This document shows positions 8,564-17,588 of a stretch of 64,000 nucleotides of DNA, one piece after another. A model generated the notes under the pieces. The model was not told where the DNA came from. It ran no database searches and saw only the letters and a list, made by a program, of their open reading frames with translations. The DNA comes from Candidatus Latescibacterota bacterium. GTDB lineage: Bacteria > Latescibacterota > UBA2968 > UBA8231. The first letter of the stretch is position 1. Every line of letters starts with the position of its first letter. The translations under genes were made by a program, and so were the position numbers. The stretch covers positions 2,496,001-2,560,000 of the forward strand of contig CBDETK010000013.1 of NCBI GenBank assembly GCA_965242865.1. The letters are read 5' to 3'.

Positions 8564-10468
8564 ATGGCCGCGCTGCGCTTAGCCGCGCTCATCGTCGGCA
8601 TCACGGTCGCCAGCGGGTGGTTGCTCCAGCGCGTCGAGTTGCTGTACAACGGCCCGCATCTGGCCGGGGCCGGGAGTATGCCGGGGGCGCAGGTCTTTCT
8701 CGCGGTGCCATTGGGCGCGTTGGCCGCCGTTACCTTGATGCGTCGCGTACTCGGCCCGGGGGATCGTGCGGTGCTCTACGCCGCGCTGACCATTGGGGTG
8801 TCGGCGACCGCTTCCGGCCTGATGCACAGGTTTTTGCCGAGCTTGGTGACCGGCTTTTACGGAGGCTTTGCCCGGCCAACCGGCCCCTATTACCGCTTTC
8901 TGCAAGTCGTCCCGGACTGGCTGGTCCCGGGCGGGCCGAATGAGGCCCCGGCCATCGGGGCGTTTGAAGGCGGCGCGGCCGTGCCTTGGGGCGCGTGGCT
9001 GTGGCCGCTAACTATGTGGACCGCGTTTTTCGGTGCGTTCTTTCTGACCTGCTTCTGCTTGGTGTGGCTTTTGCGGCAACGCTGGCTGGAGGTCGAGCGG
9101 TTGGGGTTTCCGCTGCTCGAAGTGCCCCGCGCCTTCGTGGCCGGAGGCCTGTTTGGCCAGCGGCTCTTTTGGTGGGGCGCGTTGGTGCCGGGCGCGTTGC
9201 TGGGGATCAATGGCTTGCATCACTACGCGCCGGCCGTGCCCGAGATCGCCACCAGCTTGAACATGGCCCATTTCCTCCTCGACGACCCGTGGAAAGCCAT
9301 GGCGCCCTTTGAGTCGCCGTTCTACTTTGACTTTGTCCCCCTGTTGGTGGGCGCGGCCTTTCTCGCGCCCGTGGAAGTGTCGTTCAGCACGTGGTTGTTC
9401 TACCTGCTCACTCGCGTCCAATTGTTGGTGACTCACTTTGTCGGGCGGCTTGAGTATCGCGGCGACTTCATCCCCGGGCACGGGTCGCCGTGGCTAGATT
9501 GGCCCAGTCACTTCCCCTTTTTCATGGCGCAGGCGCGCGGCGGCTTGCTGTTTTTGGGGCTGCTCAGCTTGTGGTCGGCGCGGCGCGCCTTGGCTGCGGC
9601 GATCGCTTGGCGCAGCCGGGCGACGTGGGGGTTTGCGGTTGGGCTGCTGGTGCTGTGGGCGTGGCTTGCGGCATTGGGGGTGCCGCCGCTGCTGGGCATG
9701 GCGGCGTTGTTGCTGGTGTTGCTGTTGGCATTGACGTTTGCGCGCCTGCGGATCGACGGGGGCCTGCCCATTGTGGGGATGCCGCAGATTGTGGGCTACC
9801 TGTTCTTCGTGGTGCTGGGAACCGGGGCCGGGCGGTTTGCCGATGCGACGTACATGGGCTTTGGCTTTTTGGCGGTGTTTGGCTTTACCATGATCGGGCT
9901 TTGGCCGGCCTTGCAATTTGAGGGGCTGAAGTTGGCCGAGATGCACGGGGTGTCGCCGCGGCGCTTGATTGGGGGAATGACGTTGGGGTTGGCCGTCGGG
10001 CTAGGGGCCGGCTATGTGTTTTCGCTGGAAACGATCTACGAGCACGGGCTGTTCGCCTTGCAGGAGCAGGGCGGGGCGCAGTCGGAAGCGCGTATTGGCC
10101 GCTACTACAACTACTTGTTCAAAGACGCCGGCACAGTGGATGGCGGCACGGACTGGGTGCGCTTGGGGTTTCACGCGGCCGGCGCGGGTTTTACCTATTT
10201 CTTGGCGTTGATGCGCCAGCACTTTCTCCGCTGGCCCTTGCATCCCATGGGCTTTGTGTTTGGCACGGGTTTTGGCTGGCTGGTGTGGGGATCGGTGTTG
10301 TGCGGCTGGCTGTGCAAGTGGCTGGTCGTGCGCTACGGCGGAGCGCAAACCTACCGGCGGGTCATGCCGTTTTTCTTGGGGATGATCGGCGGAGAGGTCG
10401 CGCTGCGGCTGCTGTGGGCCGCGGTCGCGCTGTGGCAGGGTGAGATCGGAGGAGGCTACCGGCCATGA
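8564..10468 (+). CDS. Polytopic membrane protein, DUF6785/DUF6784-like (putative peptide transporter subunit)
   Basis: Many TM segments; motifs 'QWLEVERLGFPL' and 'WPLHPMGF...W.S...GWLCK..V.RYGG...YR...PFFLG'; start ATG 8564. Confidence 0.7.
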   Translation: MAALRLAALIVGITVASGWLLQRVELLYNGPHLAGAGSMPGAQVFLAVPLGALAAVTLMRRVLGPGDRAVLYAALTIGVSATASGLMHRFLPSLVTGFYGGFARPTGPYYRFLQVVPDWLVPGGPNEAPAIGAFEGGAAVPWGAWLWPLTMWTAFFGAFFLTCFCLVWLLRQRWLEVERLGFPLLEVPRAFVAGGLFGQRLFWWGALVPGALLGINGLHHYAPAVPEIATSLNMAHFLLDDPWKAMAPFESPFYFDFVPLLVGAAFLAPVEVSFSTWLFYLLTRVQLLVTHFVGRLEYRGDFIPGHGSPWLDWPSHFPFFMAQARGGLLFLGLLSLWSARRALAAAIAWRSRATWGFAVGLLVLWAWLAALGVPPLLGMAALLLVLLLALTFARLRIDGGLPIVGMPQIVGYLFFVVLGTGAGRFADATYMGFGFLAVFGFTMIGLWPALQFEGLKLAEMHGVSPRRLIGGMTLGLAVGLGAGYVFSLETIYEHGLFALQEQGGAQSEARIGRYYNYLFKDAGTVDGGTDWVRLGFHAAGAGFTYFLALMRQHFLRWPLHPMGFVFGTGFGWLVWGSVLCGWLCKWLVVRYGGAQTYRRVMPFFLGMIGGEVALRLLWAAVALWQGEIGGGYRP

Positions 10469-12435
10469 GGACCGACGAGCTGATCAGCTACCGCGACTTG
10501 ATGCAGCCCCCGACGCGCTTTCGCACGGGCTTTACCGTGCGGACGGTGGCCGGGGCGTTCTTCGTCGGCTTTATCATGATGCCCGGGGCCATTTACATGG
10601 GCCTGATTGCCGGCACCTCGTTCGGCGCGGCCGCCGAATGGGTGACCATCATCCTGTTTTCCGAGCTGGCGCGGCGTTCCTTTTCTGCGCTGACGCGCCA
10701 AGAGATTTATCTGATTTACTACATTGCCGGTGGTTTGGCCGGGGTCATCGGCGGCACCATGCTGGCCGGCGGCCCGTTTGGGCAACTCGTGTGGAACCAA
10801 TACCTCGCCCAGTCGCCGGCCGTGGCCGGCTTTGGCATTGCCGAGTACATCCCAACGTGGGTTGCGCCGCCGGTCGGTTCGGACGCGCTCGTCGGGCGCA
10901 GTTTTTTGCACCGAGCGTGGATTCCGCCGATGGTCGTGCTGGTGGCCTCGCAGGTTTTGTCGCGGGTCGAGTGGTTCACGCTCGGCTACATCCTCTTTCG
11001 GGTCACGTCCGATGTGGAGCGCTTGCCCTTTCCATTGGCCCCGGTCGCCGCGCAGGGGGCGACGGCCTTGGCCGAGGGCGACGAAGGGCGGGATAGCTGG
11101 CGGTGGCGGGTGTTCTCGGTGGGCATGGGCATTGGGTTGCTGTTCGGCGCAGTGTACGTGGGCTTGCCCGCGCTGACCGGGTTGATCGCCAGCGATCCCA
11201 TCGTCTTGCTGCCCATTCCTTGGATCGACTTGACGCGCACTACGCAAGGCATTTTGCCGGCCGCGCCCTTGGGCATTGGCACGGACTTGGGCTTGGTGCT
11301 GTTGGGGATGGTGCTGCCGTTTTGGATCGTCGTCGGCACGTTTGCCGCGGCCATGATCCACGCCTTGGGCAGCCCGATTCTCTATCACCTCGGGGCGCTG
11401 CCGCACTGGCGCCCGGGCATGGACGCGATCCTAACGAATTTCGCCAACGACATCGACGTGTGGATGAGCGTGTACATTGGCGCCGGGGCGGCCGTGGGCG
11501 CGATTGGCCTGGTGCAAGCCGTGCTGTCGGTGCGGGCCGCGCGACGGCAGGGCGAGCACCGCCCGTTGCGGGATACGCCGGCCGGGCGGGGCGACTTTCC
11601 GCTGTGGATCGCGATTGTCGGGTACGCGCTATCGACGCTGGCCATGATCTGGCTCTGCGTGTTGCTCCTAGAGGACGACGAGTTTCCGCTGATCTTTTTG
11701 CTGCTCTTCGGCTTCGTGCTGACGCCGGTGATTTCCTATGTCAATGCGCGCATGGCCGGGTTGACGGGTCAGTTGGTCAGCTTCCCGCTGCTGCGCGAAG
11801 GGGCTTTTATCTTGAGCGGCTACCGCGGCATAGATATATGGTTCGCGCCCATTCCTTATTCCGACCACGGCCGGCGCGCCCAGCTCTTCCGCGAGGTGGA
11901 GCTGACCGGGACGCGCTTTTCGTCCATCCTCAAAGCCGAGCTGTTGCTGTTGCCGCTGAGCTTGGTGTGCGGCTTTGTGTTCTGGTCGCTGATCTGGCAG
12001 ATGGAGCCCATTCCCTCGCCGACCTTTCAATACGCGCAAACGTATTGGCACCTCATCGCGCTGCGCCAGTGCTTGTGGTACTCGGCGACTTTGGGCGGGG
12101 AAACCCTGTTTGACGAGGCGATTAAGGGTTGGTGGATCGCGGGGAGTTTTGTGCTGGCCGGGGGGACATTTGGGATTATGTCGTGGTTGGGGTGGCCGAT
12201 TTCGCTCGTGTACGGGTTTGTGCGCGGCTTGGCCGGCCTGCCGCATTTGCTAATCCCGGAAATGGCCGGGGCCCTGCTGGCGCGCTATTGGCTGGAGCCG
12301 CGCTTTGGGACGCAGCAGTGGCGGCAATACGCGCCCGTGTTGCTGGCCGGATACGCCTGCGGCATGGGCTTGGTGGGCATGTCGGCCGTGGCCATTGCCC
12401 TAATATCCAAGTCGGTGACCCAGTTGCACTATTGA
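10465..12435 (+). CDS. OPT-like putative peptide transporter membrane protein
   Basis: Many TM segments; 'AAEWVTIILF.E' and 'DVERLPFPLAPV' (OPT-like L.FP motif); ATGA overlap with the upstream gene. Confidence 0.7.
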   Translation: MRTDELISYRDLMQPPTRFRTGFTVRTVAGAFFVGFIMMPGAIYMGLIAGTSFGAAAEWVTIILFSELARRSFSALTRQEIYLIYYIAGGLAGVIGGTMLAGGPFGQLVWNQYLAQSPAVAGFGIAEYIPTWVAPPVGSDALVGRSFLHRAWIPPMVVLVASQVLSRVEWFTLGYILFRVTSDVERLPFPLAPVAAQGATALAEGDEGRDSWRWRVFSVGMGIGLLFGAVYVGLPALTGLIASDPIVLLPIPWIDLTRTTQGILPAAPLGIGTDLGLVLLGMVLPFWIVVGTFAAAMIHALGSPILYHLGALPHWRPGMDAILTNFANDIDVWMSVYIGAGAAVGAIGLVQAVLSVRAARRQGEHRPLRDTPAGRGDFPLWIAIVGYALSTLAMIWLCVLLLEDDEFPLIFLLLFGFVLTPVISYVNARMAGLTGQLVSFPLLREGAFILSGYRGIDIWFAPIPYSDHGRRAQLFREVELTGTRFSSILKAELLLLPLSLVCGFVFWSLIWQMEPIPSPTFQYAQTYWHLIALRQCLWYSATLGGETLFDEAIKGWWIAGSFVLAGGTFGIMSWLGWPISLVYGFVRGLAGLPHLLIPEMAGALLARYWLEPRFGTQQWRQYAPVLLAGYACGMGLVGMSAVAIALISKSVTQLHY

Positions 12436-12449
12436 GGCCGGTCAGCCGC
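12388..12449 (+). repeat. 62-bp direct repeat, left junction of island 2
   Basis: GTGGCCATTGCCCTAATATCCAAGTCGGTGACCCAGTTGCACTATTGAGGCCGGTCAGCCGC is identical to 29726-29787 and includes the transporter stop codon. Confidence 0.95.
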
Positions 12450-12478
12450 ACGGATTTACATAGATGGAGCGTGAATTG

Positions 12479-14143
12479 ATGACAACCAACAGTCCTGTTC
12501 TCATTTCTTGGGTGGCCGTGAATAATGATCCCTACGAGCCAAATAAGGGTAGCCTACTTGCCCCCGGCCCTACGCTCACCCTCCTTTTCGACGAGAATTC
12601 GCCGTACAAAGACTCGGTACGAGATGTGGTGCTTCTCCGCAGAGAAGAGGCCGGCCACGGCGGCGATAGAGAGCGCCGCGCTACGGAAGAGCTAGAAAAA
12701 GCCATCCGCGAGCACCGTTCGGATACCAAGATACGAGTAGAGCTCTGGAAATCAGAGGATCCTACTGATCACCATGCTATTCTCGAATTCTTGCGTAAGC
12801 TGATGCCGAAAATTCGGAACAGCTACCCAGCGCGTGAACTCGTGATCCACGTAAGCCCCGGAACCCCTTCCATGCAGACCATCTGGTTCCTGATGGGAAC
12901 GACTGGCCTCATCGAAGCCCCATTCCAATTGGTCAAATCGTATCGAGAACGCGAGCGCCGAGGCCGTCGTTCCGTCGTGCCAGTCGAGCTCAACATAGAG
13001 ACCTTTTACAAAGCGTACAGGGCAGCGGAGCCTCGCCAAGTCGCCTCTGAGGAACAAGGTCTCCTTTGGGATCCCAAGGACCTCCGCACCGAGGTCATGC
13101 AACGCCTATTCGCCGAAGCGCGCCGGTTCGCCCAGATCAAGGTGCCGGTGCTGCTGTTGGGGGAACGGGGGACTGGAAAAACGACGCTCGCTCGTTGGCT
13201 GCGGATCAACAGCCCCTTTCGAAACAAGAATAGTGACCAAGGGTGGCCCGCCGTAGCCTGTGGCCAATACACATCCGAGATTCTCCGGTCCGAGCTTTTC
13301 GGATACAAAAGAGGGGCCTTCACGGGTGCCCATAAGGATACGGACGGTCTTCTTGTAAAGGCCGATGGGGATACGCTCTTTCTCGATGAGATCGGGGACT
13401 TGAGCAGGGACAACCAACGTCGGCTCATCAAGGCACTTGAAGAGAAGACCTATTACCCAATTGGGGACACCAAACCGCGAAAGAGCGATTTCCGATTACT
13501 GGCCGCCACCAACCTTGAGCAGGACGAGTTGCACAAGCGGCTCGACCCCGACTTCTTCGACCGCATCAGTTATCTCACTTTACGCCTACCGCCTCTACGC
13601 GAAATCGCAGACGAGTTGCACTGGCTCTGGCCTCGTGCGTATCAGAGCGCAATAACACGCGCTGGCGCGGACAAGCAACGAGCGCAGTTCGCGCAAAGCC
13701 ATCACGACCACATCGTGGCCAAGCTCAAACGACATCCGCTACCGGGAAACATGCGCGACCTCTTCCGCGTGGCCTATCGCATTCTAGCGGCGAGGAACGA
13801 CGCCGACGAGCCGCTCGCGCCAGCGGACGCAGTCGCCTACGGCCTAGAGGCACTAAGTGGTTTCGCTACGTCATCCTCCGAGGGGAGTATCTCGCAGTCC
13901 GTCGCCCGCGCCTTTGCAGATAAAGTACCGCTCAATGCTCTAGTTGAAGAAGGGCCTCTCGACACAAAAGCGGTTGAACGCGATCTGAAACAGTACCTCG
14001 CGGACGAAATTCGCCGCATCGCAAAAGATACCGAGCGACCCATCGATCAATTGTGCGATCAAACGGACCGAACCTTGCGGAGTTGGTCAAAGCCTAAAGG
14101 GAAAATTTCTTCCGAGTCGCGGAATAATAAATCCGAAAAATAG
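12479..14143 (+). CDS. Sigma54-dependent enhancer-binding protein with RtcR-like (CARF-type) N-terminal sensor
   Basis: Walker A GERGTGKT, intact ELFG...GAFTGA, Walker B LFLDEIG, 'PGNMRDL'; N-terminal 'LISWV...GPTL...IHVSPGTPSMQ' resembles the RtcR/CARF region; alternative start 12464. Confidence 0.85.
   Translation: MTTNSPVLISWVAVNNDPYEPNKGSLLAPGPTLTLLFDENSPYKDSVRDVVLLRREEAGHGGDRERRATEELEKAIREHRSDTKIRVELWKSEDPTDHHAILEFLRKLMPKIRNSYPARELVIHVSPGTPSMQTIWFLMGTTGLIEAPFQLVKSYRERERRGRRSVVPVELNIETFYKAYRAAEPRQVASEEQGLLWDPKDLRTEVMQRLFAEARRFAQIKVPVLLLGERGTGKTTLARWLRINSPFRNKNSDQGWPAVACGQYTSEILRSELFGYKRGAFTGAHKDTDGLLVKADGDTLFLDEIGDLSRDNQRRLIKALEEKTYYPIGDTKPRKSDFRLLAATNLEQDELHKRLDPDFFDRISYLTLRLPPLREIADELHWLWPRAYQSAITRAGADKQRAQFAQSHHDHIVAKLKRHPLPGNMRDLFRVAYRILAARNDADEPLAPADAVAYGLEALSGFATSSSEGSISQSVARAFADKVPLNALVEEGPLDTKAVERDLKQYLADEIRRIAKDTERPIDQLCDQTDRTLRSWSKPKGKISSESRNNKSEK
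14099..14135 (+). promoter_or_regulatory. Tandem palindromic upstream activator sites (putative UAS)
   Basis: GGGAAAATTTCTTCCG (14099-14114) and CGGAATAATAAATCCG (14120-14135), 21 bp apart and about 115-150 bp upstream of the -24 element. Confidence 0.55.
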
Positions 14144-14203
14144 CAATGGGGCCAGCGTTCAAAGCGGGTTGATACGGACGGAAAAAATAAAAAAGCCTTT
14201 TGT

Positions 14204-14216
14204 TTTCAATAGGTTG
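14204..14216 (+). promoter_or_regulatory. IHF-like binding site
   Basis: TTTCAATAGGTTG versus WATCAANNNNTTR (one mismatch), preceded by an A-tract, located between the UAS and the sigma54 promoter. Confidence 0.5.
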
Positions 14217-14247
14217 TGCTCAGAGGCAACTTCCGTCCGCGCCCTGT

Positions 14248-14263
14248 CGGCACGGAAATAGCA
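14248..14263 (+). promoter_or_regulatory. Sigma54 (-24/-12) promoter
   Basis: CGGCACGGAAATAGCA: GG(14249-50)-N10-GC(14261-62) with a GGCACG core, directly downstream of a bEBP gene and upstream of the operon. Confidence 0.8.
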
Positions 14264-14315
14264 TTATAGATGGCAAACGCAAGCGGAATTAGCCGCCAAA
14301 GCAAGGAGCCATCAG

Positions 14316-14639
14316 ATGAGTCATAACGATGCACGCGAGCAGCAACGCCAGATCATCACGACCCATGCCCAGAAGCGGATGACGGGCCGCCGAATTTCCG
14401 AGACAGCCCTTTCGGCGGTGATAGATTATGGGCGGGTAGTCTATACGCGCGGTGCTAAAATCTACGTGATCGGCCGCAAGGAAGTAACAACATTCCTCCG
14501 CAAAGGTGTTGAATTAGCAGACTTTGAGGGCATCCACGTCGTGTGCAGCCCCGATGGAGCTATCCTGACCACGTATCGGAATCGCAACCTCCGAGGACTG
14601 CGCCCGCGAGGTCGCCGATTCCGCCAGCAGAACCTATAA
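14316..14639 (+). CDS. DUF4258-like small protein (putative RelE/BrnT-like RNase fold)
   Basis: 'TTHAQKRMTGRRIS...VIDYG...HVVCSPDGAILTTY'; AAGGAG RBS. Confidence 0.65.
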   Translation: MSHNDAREQQRQIITTHAQKRMTGRRISETALSAVIDYGRVVYTRGAKIYVIGRKEVTTFLRKGVELADFEGIHVVCSPDGAILTTYRNRNLRGLRPRGRRFRQQNL

Positions 14640-14663
14640 ACCTCAACGCAAAAGGAGAGGAAA

Positions 14664-15320
14664 ATGAGCGAACTCAAAAACTTTACCGTAAACAAGCCCC
14701 GCCCCCTTCCGGTGGTTCTCCTCGCGGATGTCAGCGGGAGCATGGCCTCCGAAGGGAAGATCGACGCCCTGAACCAGTCGGTGAAGGAGATGGTTTCCAC
14801 GTTTGCCGACGAGGATGACCTGCGCGCCGAGATCCACCTCTGCGTGATCACCTTCGGCGGCGAGGCGAAAGCCCTCATCCCGCTGCAACCGGCGGCGGCG
14901 GTGGAATGGGTCGATATGAGGGCTGATGGCCATACGCCGCTCGGCGGGGCGATGGCGATCGCCGCGGATATCATCGACAATCGCGCGCAGATCCCGAGCC
15001 GCTCCTATCGTCCCACGATCATCCTCGTGTCCGACGGGATGCCCAACGACGAGTGGGAACCGAGCTTGAAACGCCTGACGACCGAAGGCCGTGCAGCCAA
15101 GGCCGACCGGATCGCGCTGGCCATTGGTAGCGACGCGGACGAGGAGATGCTGAAACGCTTCCTCAACGATCCCGAAAAGCGCGTCTATTACGCCGAAGAT
15201 GCGCGGCGCATCAAGGAGTTCTTCCAATTCGTTACGATGTCGGTGACCCAACGCTCGCGGAGTGCGAATCCGAATCAAGTTCCTCAGAGCGGGAGCCCCT
15301 TCGGCATGGAGGATTTTTAG
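14664..15320 (+). CDS. TerY-like vWA domain protein
   Basis: 'RPLPVVLLADVSGSM' MIDAS DxSxS, 'G.TPLGGA', 'YRPTIILVSDG.PND'. Confidence 0.9.
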   Translation: MSELKNFTVNKPRPLPVVLLADVSGSMASEGKIDALNQSVKEMVSTFADEDDLRAEIHLCVITFGGEAKALIPLQPAAAVEWVDMRADGHTPLGGAMAIAADIIDNRAQIPSRSYRPTIILVSDGMPNDEWEPSLKRLTTEGRAAKADRIALAIGSDADEEMLKRFLNDPEKRVYYAEDARRIKEFFQFVTMSVTQRSRSANPNQVPQSGSPFGMEDF

Positions 15321-15326
15321 ACGGCA

Positions 15327-16097
15327 ATGGGGGATTTTCCGCAAAACTGGCACTACTTCGGGGCTTCTGTGCGAGGCCCCGCGCATGTGCGTAGCGGCAC
15401 GCTCAATCAAGACGCTTGGCGCGGAGGCCAGCTTCGCAGCGGAGCGGCCATTGCGGTATGCGACGGTTTGGGGAGTAGGCCGCACGCCCGGCGGGGTGCT
15501 CGGGAAGCGTGTCGAGCGGTTTTTTCCGCGGCGCGCCAGTGGTCCGCGGTTCCCGCAGCTCCTATTGAAATCCTTCTGCGATTGATCCACGCGATATGGT
15601 CTTTGCGCGTGTATCCTTACGCCGAGGCCGATTGCGCGACGACCTGTTTGTTCGCGGTTGCGGGTAGCGATGGCCGGCTCCACGTGGCCCAGTTAGGCGA
15701 TGGCCTGTCGTTGGTGATGGACGACAGGGGCCTGCGGACGACAGCGCGAGCCGAGGACGACTTCGTCAACGAGACCACCGGCTTGGGTATTGCCAGACAG
15801 CTTTCGGAGTGGGATACGTTTGAGTGCGATCAATCCGCTGAGACCGCGGTACTGTTGGCGACGGATGGCATCGCCGACGATCTCGATAGCACTCGCCTCG
15901 GCGAGTTCGTCCACTTCGTTCGCTCCACGTACTGCCCGCTCGCCCCGGCAGAGCGGTGGCAACGGGTGGCAAAGGACTTGAGAAACTGGCCTACGCCCTA
16001 TCACAGCGACGACAAGACCTTGGCGTTTTTGTGGCGCGGGATGGGGTTAGCCACAAAAAGCACAAAAAGCACAAAAGGCGATCAGCTCCACTGCTGA
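15327..16097 (+). CDS. PP2C-family Ser/Thr phosphatase (TerY-P triad)
   Basis: 'ASVRGPAH...NQDA', AVCDGLGS, QLGDG, LATDG, DDKT. Confidence 0.9.
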   Translation: MGDFPQNWHYFGASVRGPAHVRSGTLNQDAWRGGQLRSGAAIAVCDGLGSRPHARRGAREACRAVFSAARQWSAVPAAPIEILLRLIHAIWSLRVYPYAEADCATTCLFAVAGSDGRLHVAQLGDGLSLVMDDRGLRTTARAEDDFVNETTGLGIARQLSEWDTFECDQSAETAVLLATDGIADDLDSTRLGEFVHFVRSTYCPLAPAERWQRVAKDLRNWPTPYHSDDKTLAFLWRGMGLATKSTKSTKGDQLHC

Positions 16098-16121
16098 CCG
16101 CAGAGTACTGAGAGACAAGAG

Positions 16122-17588
16122 ATGACTGATTATCCAAAAGATGTCGTTGACGAGCGTGGGAATGTGCATGTGCTCAAAGAGATGCTCGGAGAAGGCGGAC
16201 AAGGCATTGTCTTTGCCACGACCAATCCCGACATCGCGGTAAAGCTGATTGCGGGCGGCAGCGAACAAGCGAAAAGCGAACGGAAGGAGACATTGCTGGA
16301 GCGGCTGACACGCGGATCTGGGGCACCGCTAAAAAAAGGGAATGCGGAGCACGACAAACTGCGTACCCGGCTGGAAACGGTCCGAACCCTTCCGCACCCC
16401 GACGACCTGCACTTGGCCGAACCTTTGGCGATGCTGCGAGAGCATGTCGGCTACACCATGCGCCTGCTGCGCGACATGGTGCTCATGCGAACGCTCATCC
16501 TGCCGCCTGAGACTGAAAATATCGCGGCAGAATATCTCGCTACTGGTGGCTTGCGCCGGCGTCTGCGCCTACTCGCCAAGACGGCCGAGACCCTCGCTCG
16601 TCTGCACTCGATTCCGTTGGTCTATGCCGATGTTTCGCCGAATAATGTGTTTGTTTCGGCCAGCGTTGAAGCCAGTGAGGTTTGGCTCATAGACGCCGAC
16701 AATCTCCACTTCCAGTCCGCGCCGGGGCCGCAGGTGTACACCCCGGGCTTTGGTGCGCCCGAAATCGTGGCGGGGCGCGCCCCGGTATCTACGCTTTCGG
16801 ATGGGTACGCCTTTGCAGTTTTGGCCTTCTATGTCCTCGCTCAAATTCATCCGTTTTTGGGAAACTTGGTTGAGGAAGGCGGCTGGGAAGAAAGTGTTGA
16901 TCTTGAGGAGCAAGCCTACGCCGGCAAATTGCCTTGGGTGGAAGACGAAGACGACGATAGCAATTGGTCGGACGCGGGAATACCGAGAGAATTGGTGCTT
17001 ACCCCGCGTCTGACAAAGCTCTTTCAGCAGACCTTTGGGGCGGGTCGTCAAGACGCCGCAAGCCGTCCGAGTATGCTCGAATGGGCCGAGGTGCTACACC
17101 AGTGTGCAGACTGGACTGTCGCCTGCGAAGATTGTGGCTCGACGTTCTACGTTCCAAAAAAAGAATGCCCATGGTGTGCCAGTAGCCCGTCTGCCCAATT
17201 TCTCTATGGCAAATTCTATGTCTGGGATCCCGAACTTGACGCGGAGAGCTACGACGCGGTATTGGCTGGCCGGCCGGTGTGGCACCTCTGCATGGACCGC
17301 AATAAAGAAATGGCTATTGCCCTACACGCTGCCGAGCCAAGCCTTTTGAGAGATGGCGACCCCCCGGTTATGACGGTAGAAGTGAAACGCCGTGCGATCC
17401 GATTGACGCCGCACGGCGATAGGGTGGTGTACGCATGCCTACCGCGAGAAGGGCGCACCGAGGTGATCGATACGGCCAAAGACCTGCCGTTGCCAAGCCG
17501 CGGTAAAGAGTGGCTCCTACATTTCGGTTCACCCGAACAGATTCACCGAGTGGCGTATTTCACCCTTATCGAGAGCGACCGCACATGA
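16122..17588 (+). CDS. Ser/Thr protein kinase with C-terminal Zn ribbon (TerY-P triad)
   Basis: LGEGGQG, IAVK, YADVSPNN, IDADN, APE; C-terminal CEDC...CPWC. Confidence 0.9.
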   Translation: MTDYPKDVVDERGNVHVLKEMLGEGGQGIVFATTNPDIAVKLIAGGSEQAKSERKETLLERLTRGSGAPLKKGNAEHDKLRTRLETVRTLPHPDDLHLAEPLAMLREHVGYTMRLLRDMVLMRTLILPPETENIAAEYLATGGLRRRLRLLAKTAETLARLHSIPLVYADVSPNNVFVSASVEASEVWLIDADNLHFQSAPGPQVYTPGFGAPEIVAGRAPVSTLSDGYAFAVLAFYVLAQIHPFLGNLVEEGGWEESVDLEEQAYAGKLPWVEDEDDDSNWSDAGIPRELVLTPRLTKLFQQTFGAGRQDAASRPSMLEWAEVLHQCADWTVACEDCGSTFYVPKKECPWCASSPSAQFLYGKFYVWDPELDAESYDAVLAGRPVWHLCMDRNKEMAIALHAAEPSLLRDGDPPVMTVEVKRRAIRLTPHGDRVVYACLPREGRTEVIDTAKDLPLPSRGKEWLLHFGSPEQIHRVAYFTLIESDRT

